From positions 64,001-128,000 of the forward strand of contig CAWEJX010000012.1 of NCBI GenBank assembly GCA_963809485.1: DNA of 64,000 nt. The letters are read 5' to 3'. Below, in pieces: positions 24,599 through 32,633 of this stretch. Under the pieces are notes generated by a model. The model saw nothing but the letters and a program-made list of their open reading frames with translations. It did no database searches and had not been told where the DNA came from. A program made the position numbers and the translations under genes. This DNA comes from an uncultured Acidobacteriota bacterium (GTDB taxonomy: Bacteria > Acidobacteriota > UBA6911). Numbering within the stretch: the first letter of the stretch is position 1; every line of letters begins with the position of its first letter.

Positions 24599-25624
24599 TT
24601 ATTTCGGCCGGATCCCTTTCGAATAATTCACCCGGCCTACATAGAATTCCTCCTCAGGCTCGCGCGGCGTTACACCTGCCCTTTTCAGGCCTGCCCGCAT
24701 GGCATCCTTCAAGCGCTGGAACAGGAATGACGTCGGTTTCCTGAACATGCCTCCATTCCCGCCAGTCAGCCACTGCATGTATTTCATTCCCAGCATCCCG
24801 CCCTGAAACGCGGCATCCCGGGCGCCCATAATTATCGGAGTCAGCTCCCAGTAGAGTTCCATCCCTTTGGAGAACTCTCCTTGAGCGAACAGATTGAACA
24901 TCCGGACTATTCTTGGATTCTCCGCTGTCTGGTCGAAGATTACGTAGTCGGCCGGCCCCGCCCACTGTTGTCCGTATTTGGCGACAGTGATCGGCCATTC
25001 CGCCATTTCTGCGGCCTGAAGCAGCACTTGATCGCCGACACGATGGTGAACGTCAACCCACTTTCCAAGGCCGTCACTGAGATAGGCCTTTATTGCCACT
25101 ACGTTGGGTATTTGACAGATTCTCTCGATGAGCGCCGGATTGAACATGCTTGGATGAAATCTTCCGAAATCGTAAAAAGGTTTCGGCCAGAGATCGACAG
25201 CGAGGTTGATGGAATCGCATATCTTTTGGGTGACGCGATAGATGTCCTCTTCCGATTTGGCATAAAAGTTGCCCGGCCAGCCCAAAAGAGTGTGGGTTCC
25301 GCCCACGCTTTCGAAATAATTCAGCAATTCTATCGATTGATCGGCATCGTCAAGGGCTCCGAACATGGACACAAGAACTTTGCCCTTGGCTTCTTCAGCG
25401 ACAATTCTTACAAATTGCCTGCGCTCTTCATTGCTCAAAGCGCTGACTTCTAAGGCGCAAAATACGCTGAACATGCCTTTTTCTATGTTGTGCCTGACGT
25501 CGTGCCGGATCCCTTCCTCATCCAGCGCCTCGAGGTCCGGAGTGTACGAGGGTTGAATGACTCCATCCAATCCGCGATAGTGCTTTTTGGCCCATGCCTT
25601 CGCTTCTGGTTTTGTAAATTCCAT
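24599..25624 (-). CDS. Dihydrodipicolinate-synthase-family (class I aldolase/hydratase-like) protein
   Basis: LDEEGIRHDV, LSNEERRQFV, Schiff-base Lys in IPNVVAIKAY. Confidence 0.8.
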   Translation of the reverse strand: MEFTKPEAKAWAKKHYRGLDGVIQPSYTPDLEALDEEGIRHDVRHNIEKGMFSVFCALEVSALSNEERRQFVRIVAEEAKGKVLVSMFGALDDADQSIELLNYFESVGGTHTLLGWPGNFYAKSEEDIYRVTQKICDSINLAVDLWPKPFYDFGRFHPSMFNPALIERICQIPNVVAIKAYLSDGLGKWVDVHHRVGDQVLLQAAEMAEWPITVAKYGQQWAGPADYVIFDQTAENPRIVRMFNLFAQGEFSKGMELYWELTPIIMGARDAAFQGGMLGMKYMQWLTGGNGGMFRKPTSFLFQRLKDAMRAGLKRAGVTPREPEEEFYVGRVNYSKGIRPK

Positions 25625-25696
25625 AAACAGCTCCTTGCAGTGGTGATAACGCGTTTTATCCGTTATCGCATATACATAGGTGTCTTCTATTTCGTG

Positions 25697-26743
25697 TCAT
25701 GCCTCATATTTTTTGAGCCTGTAACCTTTTGCATAATTTACGCGGCCCACATAAAACTCCTCCTCCGGCTCACGCGGAGTAATTCCCAGGGCTTTCATAC
25801 CGGCCCTGATGGCATCCTTTTGATAATCGTACAGACGGCCTGTAGGCTGCCGGACGGTTCCGCCATTTCCGCCGGCGCACCAGTGAGCGTATTTATCCGA
25901 TAGAGCGGTCACGATGCCGGTGTGAAAGTAGGAATCCGCCAACGACCCCTGTGCGCCCGGCCGGGACATCCCCCAGAAGATATCCATAGCCTTGTCGATC
26001 TCGCCCTTGATTAAATTGTCGAATATCCTCACGATTCGCGGATTCTCAGGAGTCTGCATACAATAAAAAGGCCCTGCGCCGGCCCACTGCTGCCCGTACT
26101 TCGGGATAGTGAAAAACCATCTGTCCGGCATCGGATCACTGACCAGGATTCGATCACCGCAAAGATGGAAAGCCTGAATGGTGAGTGCAAGGGAACTGCC
26201 GCCGGTGACTTTCATCGCCACGACGTTGGGGATGTCGCAAATTCGGCGCATCACGTCCGGCGGGAAATAACTTGGATGGAAATGCCATGTGTGCAGCCGG
26301 CCGGGATAAAACGTTATTGCCAGGTTGGTGGACTCGCACATGAATTTATACATCTGGAAAATGTCTTCTTCCGACCGGGGGTAATATTGCACCGGATGGG
26401 CAAGCGTGACATGAGTGCCGCCGACCTTTTCGATATGATGCAGCATCTCGATATCCTGCTCGACCGTGTCCTGCATGACGCTTACGGAACTGTGCATTTT
26501 GCCTTTGGCTTCGTCGCAGACTATCTGCACGAATTGCTTCCGTTCCTCGAATGTCATGCCGCAGGCCTCGGGCGCAGCCATTATCGAAGTAAAGCCATTG
26601 GCGTAAATCTGGTTGACATCGAAACGGATGCCATCGTCATCCAGCTTTTCAAGGTCGGGAGTGAAAGAAGGGAAAATCGGCACTTCCAGGCCTTTCATAT
26701 GCTTCTTTGCCCACAATTTAGCTTCTGATTTGGTGTATTCCAT
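25697..26743 (-). CDS. DHDPS-family protein
   Basis: MTFEERKQFV, IPNVVAMKVT; paralog of 24599 and 31012. Confidence 0.8.
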   Translation of the reverse strand: MEYTKSEAKLWAKKHMKGLEVPIFPSFTPDLEKLDDDGIRFDVNQIYANGFTSIMAAPEACGMTFEERKQFVQIVCDEAKGKMHSSVSVMQDTVEQDIEMLHHIEKVGGTHVTLAHPVQYYPRSEEDIFQMYKFMCESTNLAITFYPGRLHTWHFHPSYFPPDVMRRICDIPNVVAMKVTGGSSLALTIQAFHLCGDRILVSDPMPDRWFFTIPKYGQQWAGAGPFYCMQTPENPRIVRIFDNLIKGEIDKAMDIFWGMSRPGAQGSLADSYFHTGIVTALSDKYAHWCAGGNGGTVRQPTGRLYDYQKDAIRAGMKALGITPREPEEEFYVGRVNYAKGYRLKKYEA

Positions 26744-26809
26744 ATTTGTCTCCCCGGTCCGATTGCAGATTTCCGATTGAATAAGGTCTATTCAATCCGC
26801 GACCCGCGG

Positions 26810-27863
26810 TTATTCAATCACCCTGGTAATAGAGCCATTCCCAAAGGTTGGAATAAAGCATGAATGCTTTCCCGGTCCACCCAAAACCATTACGACAAAG
26901 TCATCCTTATGGGCGATCGGCATCCATTCACAGTCTGTAAATTCACCATACTTTTCAGGGAATTTTCTCCTGTACTGGAGATTTTCTTCAGACAAACTCT
27001 TTTTAGAGAAGCGAGCATTTTCAAAAAGAAATTCCCTAATCTGCTCCTTTGAAAATCCGTCTTTGGCGATCGCCGCTGCATGTTCCGGGCACAGCATCAA
27101 GACAGGTTCGCCGGTGAAAAAAAGCGCATTGTTGCTGCCCGGTTGAGCCATAGTAGCGGCAATGGTCCTCAATAAGTCTTTGCCAAGGACACTGTTATGT
27201 TCATTGATATTGTGGGGGCCTTCCGCAGCAAACACAGTGACCGTGCTATCCCCGGCTTTGAAAGCCTCTCTCAACATGGAAAGGCTGCCACGGACTTTCC
27301 TCTTCGTTTTCGGCAACGCAGTAGGTGTATTTTCCAGGCTGACCCTGCGTGGACTTGTCGATCTCGCCCGGCATGGCCCCTCCGATGTTGATCAGGATCA
27401 ACCTGACGGCGCGGCCTATGGTTGCATTGGCTCTGACTCCAGGTCCGAATGCATTGCCTTTGCCGTTCAATCCTATTCTTTGCGCGATGGGACCGTTGAC
27501 CACGATCAAGGGACTGCAGGGATGCGTTGTTGATTGCACGCCCCGGAGCCCGAATTTCTCATCAGACATCGCCTTCAGGGCAGCGACAATCACCGGCAAA
27601 TACTCGGGCAGGCATCCAGCCATCACGGCATTGATGGCAGTCTTTTCCAGCGTGGCGGCTCCCATCCTTGGAGGAAGGATCGCCACAACTTCCTGCGGAT
27701 CCCCATTGCCGATAGCGGACAGCATTCTGCGTACCCGCTCCTCCGTGGGTGCGATGATCGGCAGGCCGTCGCTCCAGCCAAACTTGATGAAGGCGTTGTT
27801 TACAGCGTCTTCACAATTCTCAACGCGAACTTTTTTCGATACCAGCCTGCGGACGTTTTCCAC
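26810..27863 (-). CDS. Stand-alone UGSC partner (C-terminal) domain protein; frameshift near 27260
   Basis: GWSDGLPIIAPT, AINAVMAGC, RANATIGRA, AENEEESPW; continues GDSTVTVF...GGPGKHS in ORF 26810..27316. Confidence 0.8.
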
Positions 27864-27884
27864 CGGAGATCACCTCTGCATGAA

Positions 27885-28763
27885 TCAGGCGCTCAATCCG
27901 AGCAGTTTGGCCGGATTTTTCTTGGCCATCAGGGTAATTTCTTCCTCGCCTATGCCATATTTAATCAAAGTGACTATAAACATTCTCATGCCTTCGACAG
28001 GCAGCGGGTTCCATATTTGCCCGAGATCCGTCGACATAATGCACTTTTCGGCGCCCACTGCCTTGATTACGTCCACCATCTCGGCGGGATCATGTCTGAA
28101 CTCGGATGCCTGGAAGGCCAGGAAGGTGCACTCGATAAAAGCGCCGTTCTTTGCCAGCTGAATCAGATCCTGCTTGGTGAAAGCCTCGGAAAAAAACTCG
28201 TGATCCAGAGGATGCGTGACCACAAATTTATCGATGCCCAATCTGCGGGCTTCCGCTTCCAGGGCAAACGTCTCGGTCGGCGACATGTGCCCGCTTGCCA
28301 GAACCATATCGTGTTTCTTGATGATCGGGAGCATCGGACCGATCTCCGGCACCAGGCGCCCCTTGCTATCCAGGATCGAGTACCCCTCTCCTTTAAGGGG
28401 AAGCCCGAGTCCTCTCATTTTGGAAATGGAGTTGGTGGATGAGAATGTCGGCATCCAGACCACGCGCGCCCCTGCTCTCGCGGAATATTCGACCGCATAC
28501 ACATTCAATCCGCCCATTTCATAGTCCAGGCAGACGCTGCCAAATGCGGTGAAATCAGGAACCAGCTGGTTCACCATCATCGCTATTGGAGCGGACGGGT
28601 AGAAGTGGTTTTTTATGACGAAGGCTTTCATCCCGGCCTGCTTCGCCTGATTGGCAGCTTCCAGTGCATCCACCCGGCATTTGAAGGCGTCGGGGCCGGG
28701 ATGAAAATGCATATCGATGGATCCTGACAGCAATTCGTCATAGTCAATGATCTTCATGGCCAT
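27885..28763 (-). CDS. Metal-dependent TIM-barrel hydrolase (amidohydrolase superfamily, DUF6282-like)
   Basis: IDMHFHPGPD, KNH, VWMPT, SGH, THP, STDLGQ. Confidence 0.75.
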   Translation of the reverse strand: MAMKIIDYDELLSGSIDMHFHPGPDAFKCRVDALEAANQAKQAGMKAFVIKNHFYPSAPIAMMVNQLVPDFTAFGSVCLDYEMGGLNVYAVEYSARAGARVVWMPTFSSTNSISKMRGLGLPLKGEGYSILDSKGRLVPEIGPMLPIIKKHDMVLASGHMSPTETFALEAEARRLGIDKFVVTHPLDHEFFSEAFTKQDLIQLAKNGAFIECTFLAFQASEFRHDPAEMVDVIKAVGAEKCIMSTDLGQIWNPLPVEGMRMFIVTLIKYGIGEEEITLMAKKNPAKLLGLSA

Positions 28764-28774
28764 GTGTGCTCTCC

Positions 28775-29348
28775 CTATCGCGTGCCGACAAGCACCGCGA
28801 CTATGGTATCAACAGCATTTTCAGCCTTTTTTCGCACTTCCTCCGGGGTAACGCCTGCAAGGGGATGCGGAATCGTAACCAGGCGCGGAGCCGATATCCC
28901 CCTGGCCATGTGAAACTGATTTGGCCAACGACAGGAATGCATCGCTGCAAATGATGGCCGTCGGAATCCCTCTCTTTTCCAATTCTGTCGAATCGTGGAT
29001 ACTCCACGATGTGCAGGAACCTCAATCGCAGATCCCATAAACAATGGCGTCACATTTGGGCGCAAGCTGCTTCATCTCTTCCGGAGTCAGGGGAACCGTC
29101 GCGCCGGTCCCTCCTTTTTTAATGTGGACAATCTCCGCAAATTGAAATTTTTGACGGAGTGCTGCTTCCACATGATCCAAAAAAATATCGAAGTTGGGTT
29201 TGCGGTTATCCACCAAGCCGATGACCTTGCCATTCAGGTCATCCAGACACATTGCGATGTGTTCTTGTTTTACAGTCGTGGTTGCAGTCGGATCCAATAC
29301 TTCGATATATTCTTTCACTCTATTCGCCCTGAAATGTCGGAATTCCAA
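28775..29348 (-). CDS. Stand-alone UGSC selenoprotein (Sec at TGA 29022-29024); frameshift near 28912
   Basis: CDAIVYGICD-[TGA]-GSCTSWSIHDSTELEKRGIPTAII, then after a 1-nt shift MARGISAPRLVTIPHPLAGVTPEEV; hairpin at 28992-29010. Confidence 0.85.
28992..29010 (-). promoter_or_regulatory. Candidate SECIS element
   Basis: Perfect AUCGUGGA-GUA-UCCACGAU stem-loop 11 nt after the UGA. Confidence 0.7.
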
Positions 29349-29353
29349 AAACT

Positions 29354-30274
29354 CTACAGTTGATCCATCAGCCTTTGTATCGCGATTGCTGCCGTCGCGC
29401 CATCTCCTACTGCAGTGACTATCTGTCCCCGGGAATTGCTTCGGATGTCACCCGCCGCGAAAATATTGGGGAGGTTTGTTTGCATCATTTCATTCACCAG
29501 AATGCGTCCCTGGTTGTCGAGTGACAGTAGATTTCTGATAAAGCCGGTGTTCGGATCGGTTCCCACGGCGATCAGGACGCCATCGATACTGAGGGTTTCG
29601 GTCTTTTGTGTCGCCCTGTCGTAAATCTCAACCGCTTCAACCTTGCCGCTACCTGATATCTTGACCAGCTCTGCGCCGCATCGAAGCTCGATCTTGCTAT
29701 TGGAACTAATCCTTTCCTTGAGAACCGCGGAAGCGGAAATCGTCCCTTCGACCTCGATCAGATACACTTTGGCTGCGATCCTGGCCAGGTAGAGAGCCTC
29801 GGTGACGCCCCTGTCTCCGGCGCCGCATACAACCACTGTCTTATCGTGAAACTGACCGCCGTCACAAAGAGCGCAATCAAATACGCCCTTCTCCTCCAGT
29901 TCCCGCTCCCCGGGTATATTCAGTTTCCTGGGACGGCAGCCGCTGGCAATTATCAGCACTTTAGCCGTGAAGTATCTCCCGTCGGTCAGCTGCACGCAGG
30001 TCGATTCGGAATACGATTCGATCCCGGCGACCTCGGCCATTTCCATCTGCAGGCCCGAGTTGACGGCCTGGATCGTCATTTCCGAAGCCAGCTGGGGCCC
30101 TGCGACGCCGTCACTGAATCCGGGATAATTCTCGATCCAGTCGGCATTCTTAATGCTGCCGCCAAAACCATCCTTATCAACCAGCAGGGTCCGATACTTG
30201 CCCCGGCTCAAATAGAGGCCGGCCGTAAGCCCCGCAGGGCCTCCACCAATTATTATGGCATCAAAGTCCCACAT
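29354..30274 (-). CDS. trxB: Thioredoxin-disulfide reductase family protein
   Basis: IIGGGPAGLTAG, IENYPGF, redox CALCDG, IFAAGD, QIVTAVGDGATAA; GAGGAGG RBS. Confidence 0.85.
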   Translation of the reverse strand: MWDFDAIIIGGGPAGLTAGLYLSRGKYRTLLVDKDGFGGSIKNADWIENYPGFSDGVAGPQLASEMTIQAVNSGLQMEMAEVAGIESYSESTCVQLTDGRYFTAKVLIIASGCRPRKLNIPGERELEEKGVFDCALCDGGQFHDKTVVVCGAGDRGVTEALYLARIAAKVYLIEVEGTISASAVLKERISSNSKIELRCGAELVKISGSGKVEAVEIYDRATQKTETLSIDGVLIAVGTDPNTGFIRNLLSLDNQGRILVNEMMQTNLPNIFAAGDIRSNSRGQIVTAVGDGATAAIAIQRLMDQL

Positions 30275-30419
30275 CGATTCCTCCTCTCGGTCTTGCGCAT
30301 GCCGGAGGATGGCCGGACAATTGGAACTCCCAAGTGACGGGAGTATGCCTCAGGCGGAGGAGCTGATCCCTGATCAGGATGCACCCCGCTGAGCCAATCG
30401 GATCATTTACCCGAAGCTA

Positions 30420-30475
30420 TTGACAAAAATCATAAACTACTTTATATCTAACCTACATTATGTACGTATACGTAC
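30420..30475 (+). promoter_or_regulatory. TTGACA promoter-like element plus perfect palindrome GTACGTATACGTAC (30462-30475) in a divergent region
   Basis: TTGACA-17 nt-TATATC; palindrome starts 42 nt after TTGACA, the same geometry as at 43857-43912. Confidence 0.65.
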
Positions 30476-30599
30476 TAGGGTACGAATAATTTTTTCTTAT
30501 CATACGTAAAGCTTGGTTTAAAATCAAAATAAAAGGAAAATGAAGGTCAGGTCGCGCATCCGCTGAACCAATGATCTTGTTTTCGAGAATGTTTTCCGC

Positions 30600-30965
30600 A
30601 GCCGGGCATCCTGGGAGCCTGGACGGTTTCAATGCATTTATGAATGGAATCAATTCCAAAACCAACAACTGGAAAGATACCGTGATTCTCGACTGGCGGG
30701 ATAAGGTGGCTGGGGGATGGAACCGATCAATGAAGCCTCCATGGGGATGGCTTCGGTCCCCTGCTTCGATAGCGGGCTGATTTATGCCACGACGGACAAG
30801 TACTATCACGGGTGCAACGGCGGTATGCTGAGACAGCCGGTGCCGGGATTGTATGATTATCAGAAACCGAGGATTCGGGCATCTTTAACAGCCGGGGGAA
30901 TGACTCCGCGATAAGCTCAAGAAGAAAAGTTCTACGTAGGCAGGACCAATTATGCCGGAGGAGCG
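30600..30965 (+). pseudogene. Degenerate C-terminal fragment of a fourth DHDPS-family paralog
   Basis: FDSGLIYATTDKYYHGCNGGMLRQPVPGLYDYQKPRIRA aligns with FHSGVVTALSDKYSHWCNGGNGGTVRQPTGRLHDYQKERIRA of 31012..32058. Confidence 0.7.
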
Positions 30966-31011
30966 AGGTAAGGAACCAGGGTTCAATAAAACGTGGAGGG
31001 CGGAATAGAGA

Positions 31012-32058
31012 ATGGAATTTTCCAAGCATGATGCCAAGGACTGGGCAAAACAGAATCTGAAAGGACTGGAAGCAGTAATTTTCCCGTCATTTACACCGGA
31101 TTTGAAAGAACTCGACGAAGAGGGCGTTCGATACGATGTAAATCATCTTATTGCCAACGGTTTTACATCTGCATTGGTCGCGCCGGAAACCTGCGGAATG
31201 ACTTTTGAAGAGCGAAAAAGGCTTGTCGAAATAGTGTGCGACGAAGCAAAGGGGAAAATACACACGTCGGTCGCTGTGATGCAGGATAGCGTCGAAGAAG
31301 ATATCGAGATGCTGCAGCATATCGAAAAAGTCGGAGGAACCTTTGCCTTGCTCGGCCACCCGGTACAGTACCATCCCCGGTCGGTCGAGGATATTTTCGG
31401 GATGTATAAACACATGTGCGATTCGACAAATATCGCGATAGTGTTTTACGCCGGTCGACTCCATACCAGGAAATTTCATCCGAGCTGTTTTCCTCCCGAG
31501 CTCCTGCCACGGATAGCCGATATCCCTAATGTTGTAGCCATGAAAGTCGGCGGAGGGAGTTCGATGGCAATCACGGTGATGTCTTTTCGTCTGTGCGGCG
31601 ATAAAATCCTGGTCAACGACCCGACGCCCGACAGGTGGTTTGTTACCGTGCCCCAATACGGTCAGCAATGGGCAGGCGCCGCGCCTTTTTACGCAATGCA
31701 AACTCCCGAAAGACCGCGTATGGTTAATATGTTTAATCTGCTGGTGAAGGGTGAAATAGATAAAGCAATGGATATTTACTGGGAGGCGGCTTCTCCTGCA
31801 GAAGGCGGAGAAGAACCGGCCGGCTCCTATTTTCATTCGGGTGTTGTTACCGCTTTGAGCGATAAATATTCACACTGGTGCAACGGGGGCAACGGCGGTA
31901 CCGTCCGGCAACCTACAGGCCGGCTCCACGACTACCAGAAAGAGAGGATAAGGGCAGGGCTGAGAGCGCTGGGATTTACTCCTCGTGAACCCGAAGAGGA
32001 ATTTTACGTCGGCAGGGTTAACTACGCCAAGGGAGCCAGATTGAAAAAATACACTTAA
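31012..32058 (+). CDS. DHDPS-family protein
   Basis: Close paralog of 25697..26743; IPNVVAMKVG. Confidence 0.8.
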   Translation: MEFSKHDAKDWAKQNLKGLEAVIFPSFTPDLKELDEEGVRYDVNHLIANGFTSALVAPETCGMTFEERKRLVEIVCDEAKGKIHTSVAVMQDSVEEDIEMLQHIEKVGGTFALLGHPVQYHPRSVEDIFGMYKHMCDSTNIAIVFYAGRLHTRKFHPSCFPPELLPRIADIPNVVAMKVGGGSSMAITVMSFRLCGDKILVNDPTPDRWFVTVPQYGQQWAGAAPFYAMQTPERPRMVNMFNLLVKGEIDKAMDIYWEAASPAEGGEEPAGSYFHSGVVTALSDKYSHWCNGGNGGTVRQPTGRLHDYQKERIRAGLRALGFTPREPEEEFYVGRVNYAKGARLKKYT

Positions 32059-32177
32059 TGCTGGTCCGGTTGACTTCGCACCCTATCACATAATGCTCTA
32101 CGCCACGTCGGAAAAAGATTTTTACCAGGCGACCCCAAAATGCATGCGATGCTTCCAGCGTAACCGTAGACCTCTGG

Positions 32178-32490
32178 TTTAACCACTATCGGCTAAAGCC
32201 GGTAGAATCCTTTGCGACTGAAAGTCGCTGGCGGCGAAAGCCACTTGAGGCCCGAAGGGCCGGCATTGAATTGGCCCGGCCGTCAGGCCGGGAAGAGGAT
32301 CGAGGCTAACAAGAGCGCCAAAGGCGCGGCACCTTCATTCCCGTTTGTGCCGGCCCTTCGGGCCTCATTGCCCAACAAGTTCAATCCCGAGCTGACGCTC
32401 CGGCCTATTTCTTGCCGGCCCTTCGGGCCTGAAAATCAAGCTGAAAGATTACCGCCTGAAAGGCGATGGGCTTGAACCGGGCGATTGAGC
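32178..32490. repeat. REP/BIME-like hairpin cluster
   Basis: AGGCCCGAAGGGCCGGCA near 32248 with inverted copies at 32348 and 32413; further hairpins CGGCTAAAGCCG, GCGACTGAAAGTCGC, CGCCTGAAAGGCG. Confidence 0.6.
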
Positions 32491-32633
32491 TAAAGGCGCA
32501 GGTTAAAGTATTGGGCTGCTTCTGCACATTTAACACAGATATATACAGCGTATACATACGGTGATTATCTTATTTCAGGCAACGTATACTCTGCACGGAA
32601 ACAGGGACAGGATAACGGCGAGGGGGGCAGAAA

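Noticed and set aside
24599-26743. Assigning dapA (lysine biosynthesis) to the DHDPS-family genes
   Set aside because: They lack the G(T/S)TGE motif, and the context is catabolic.
30275-30420. Riboswitch or tRNA-Sec in the trxB leader
   Set aside because: I could not recognise an aptamer consensus or cloverleaf; an Rfam scan would be needed.
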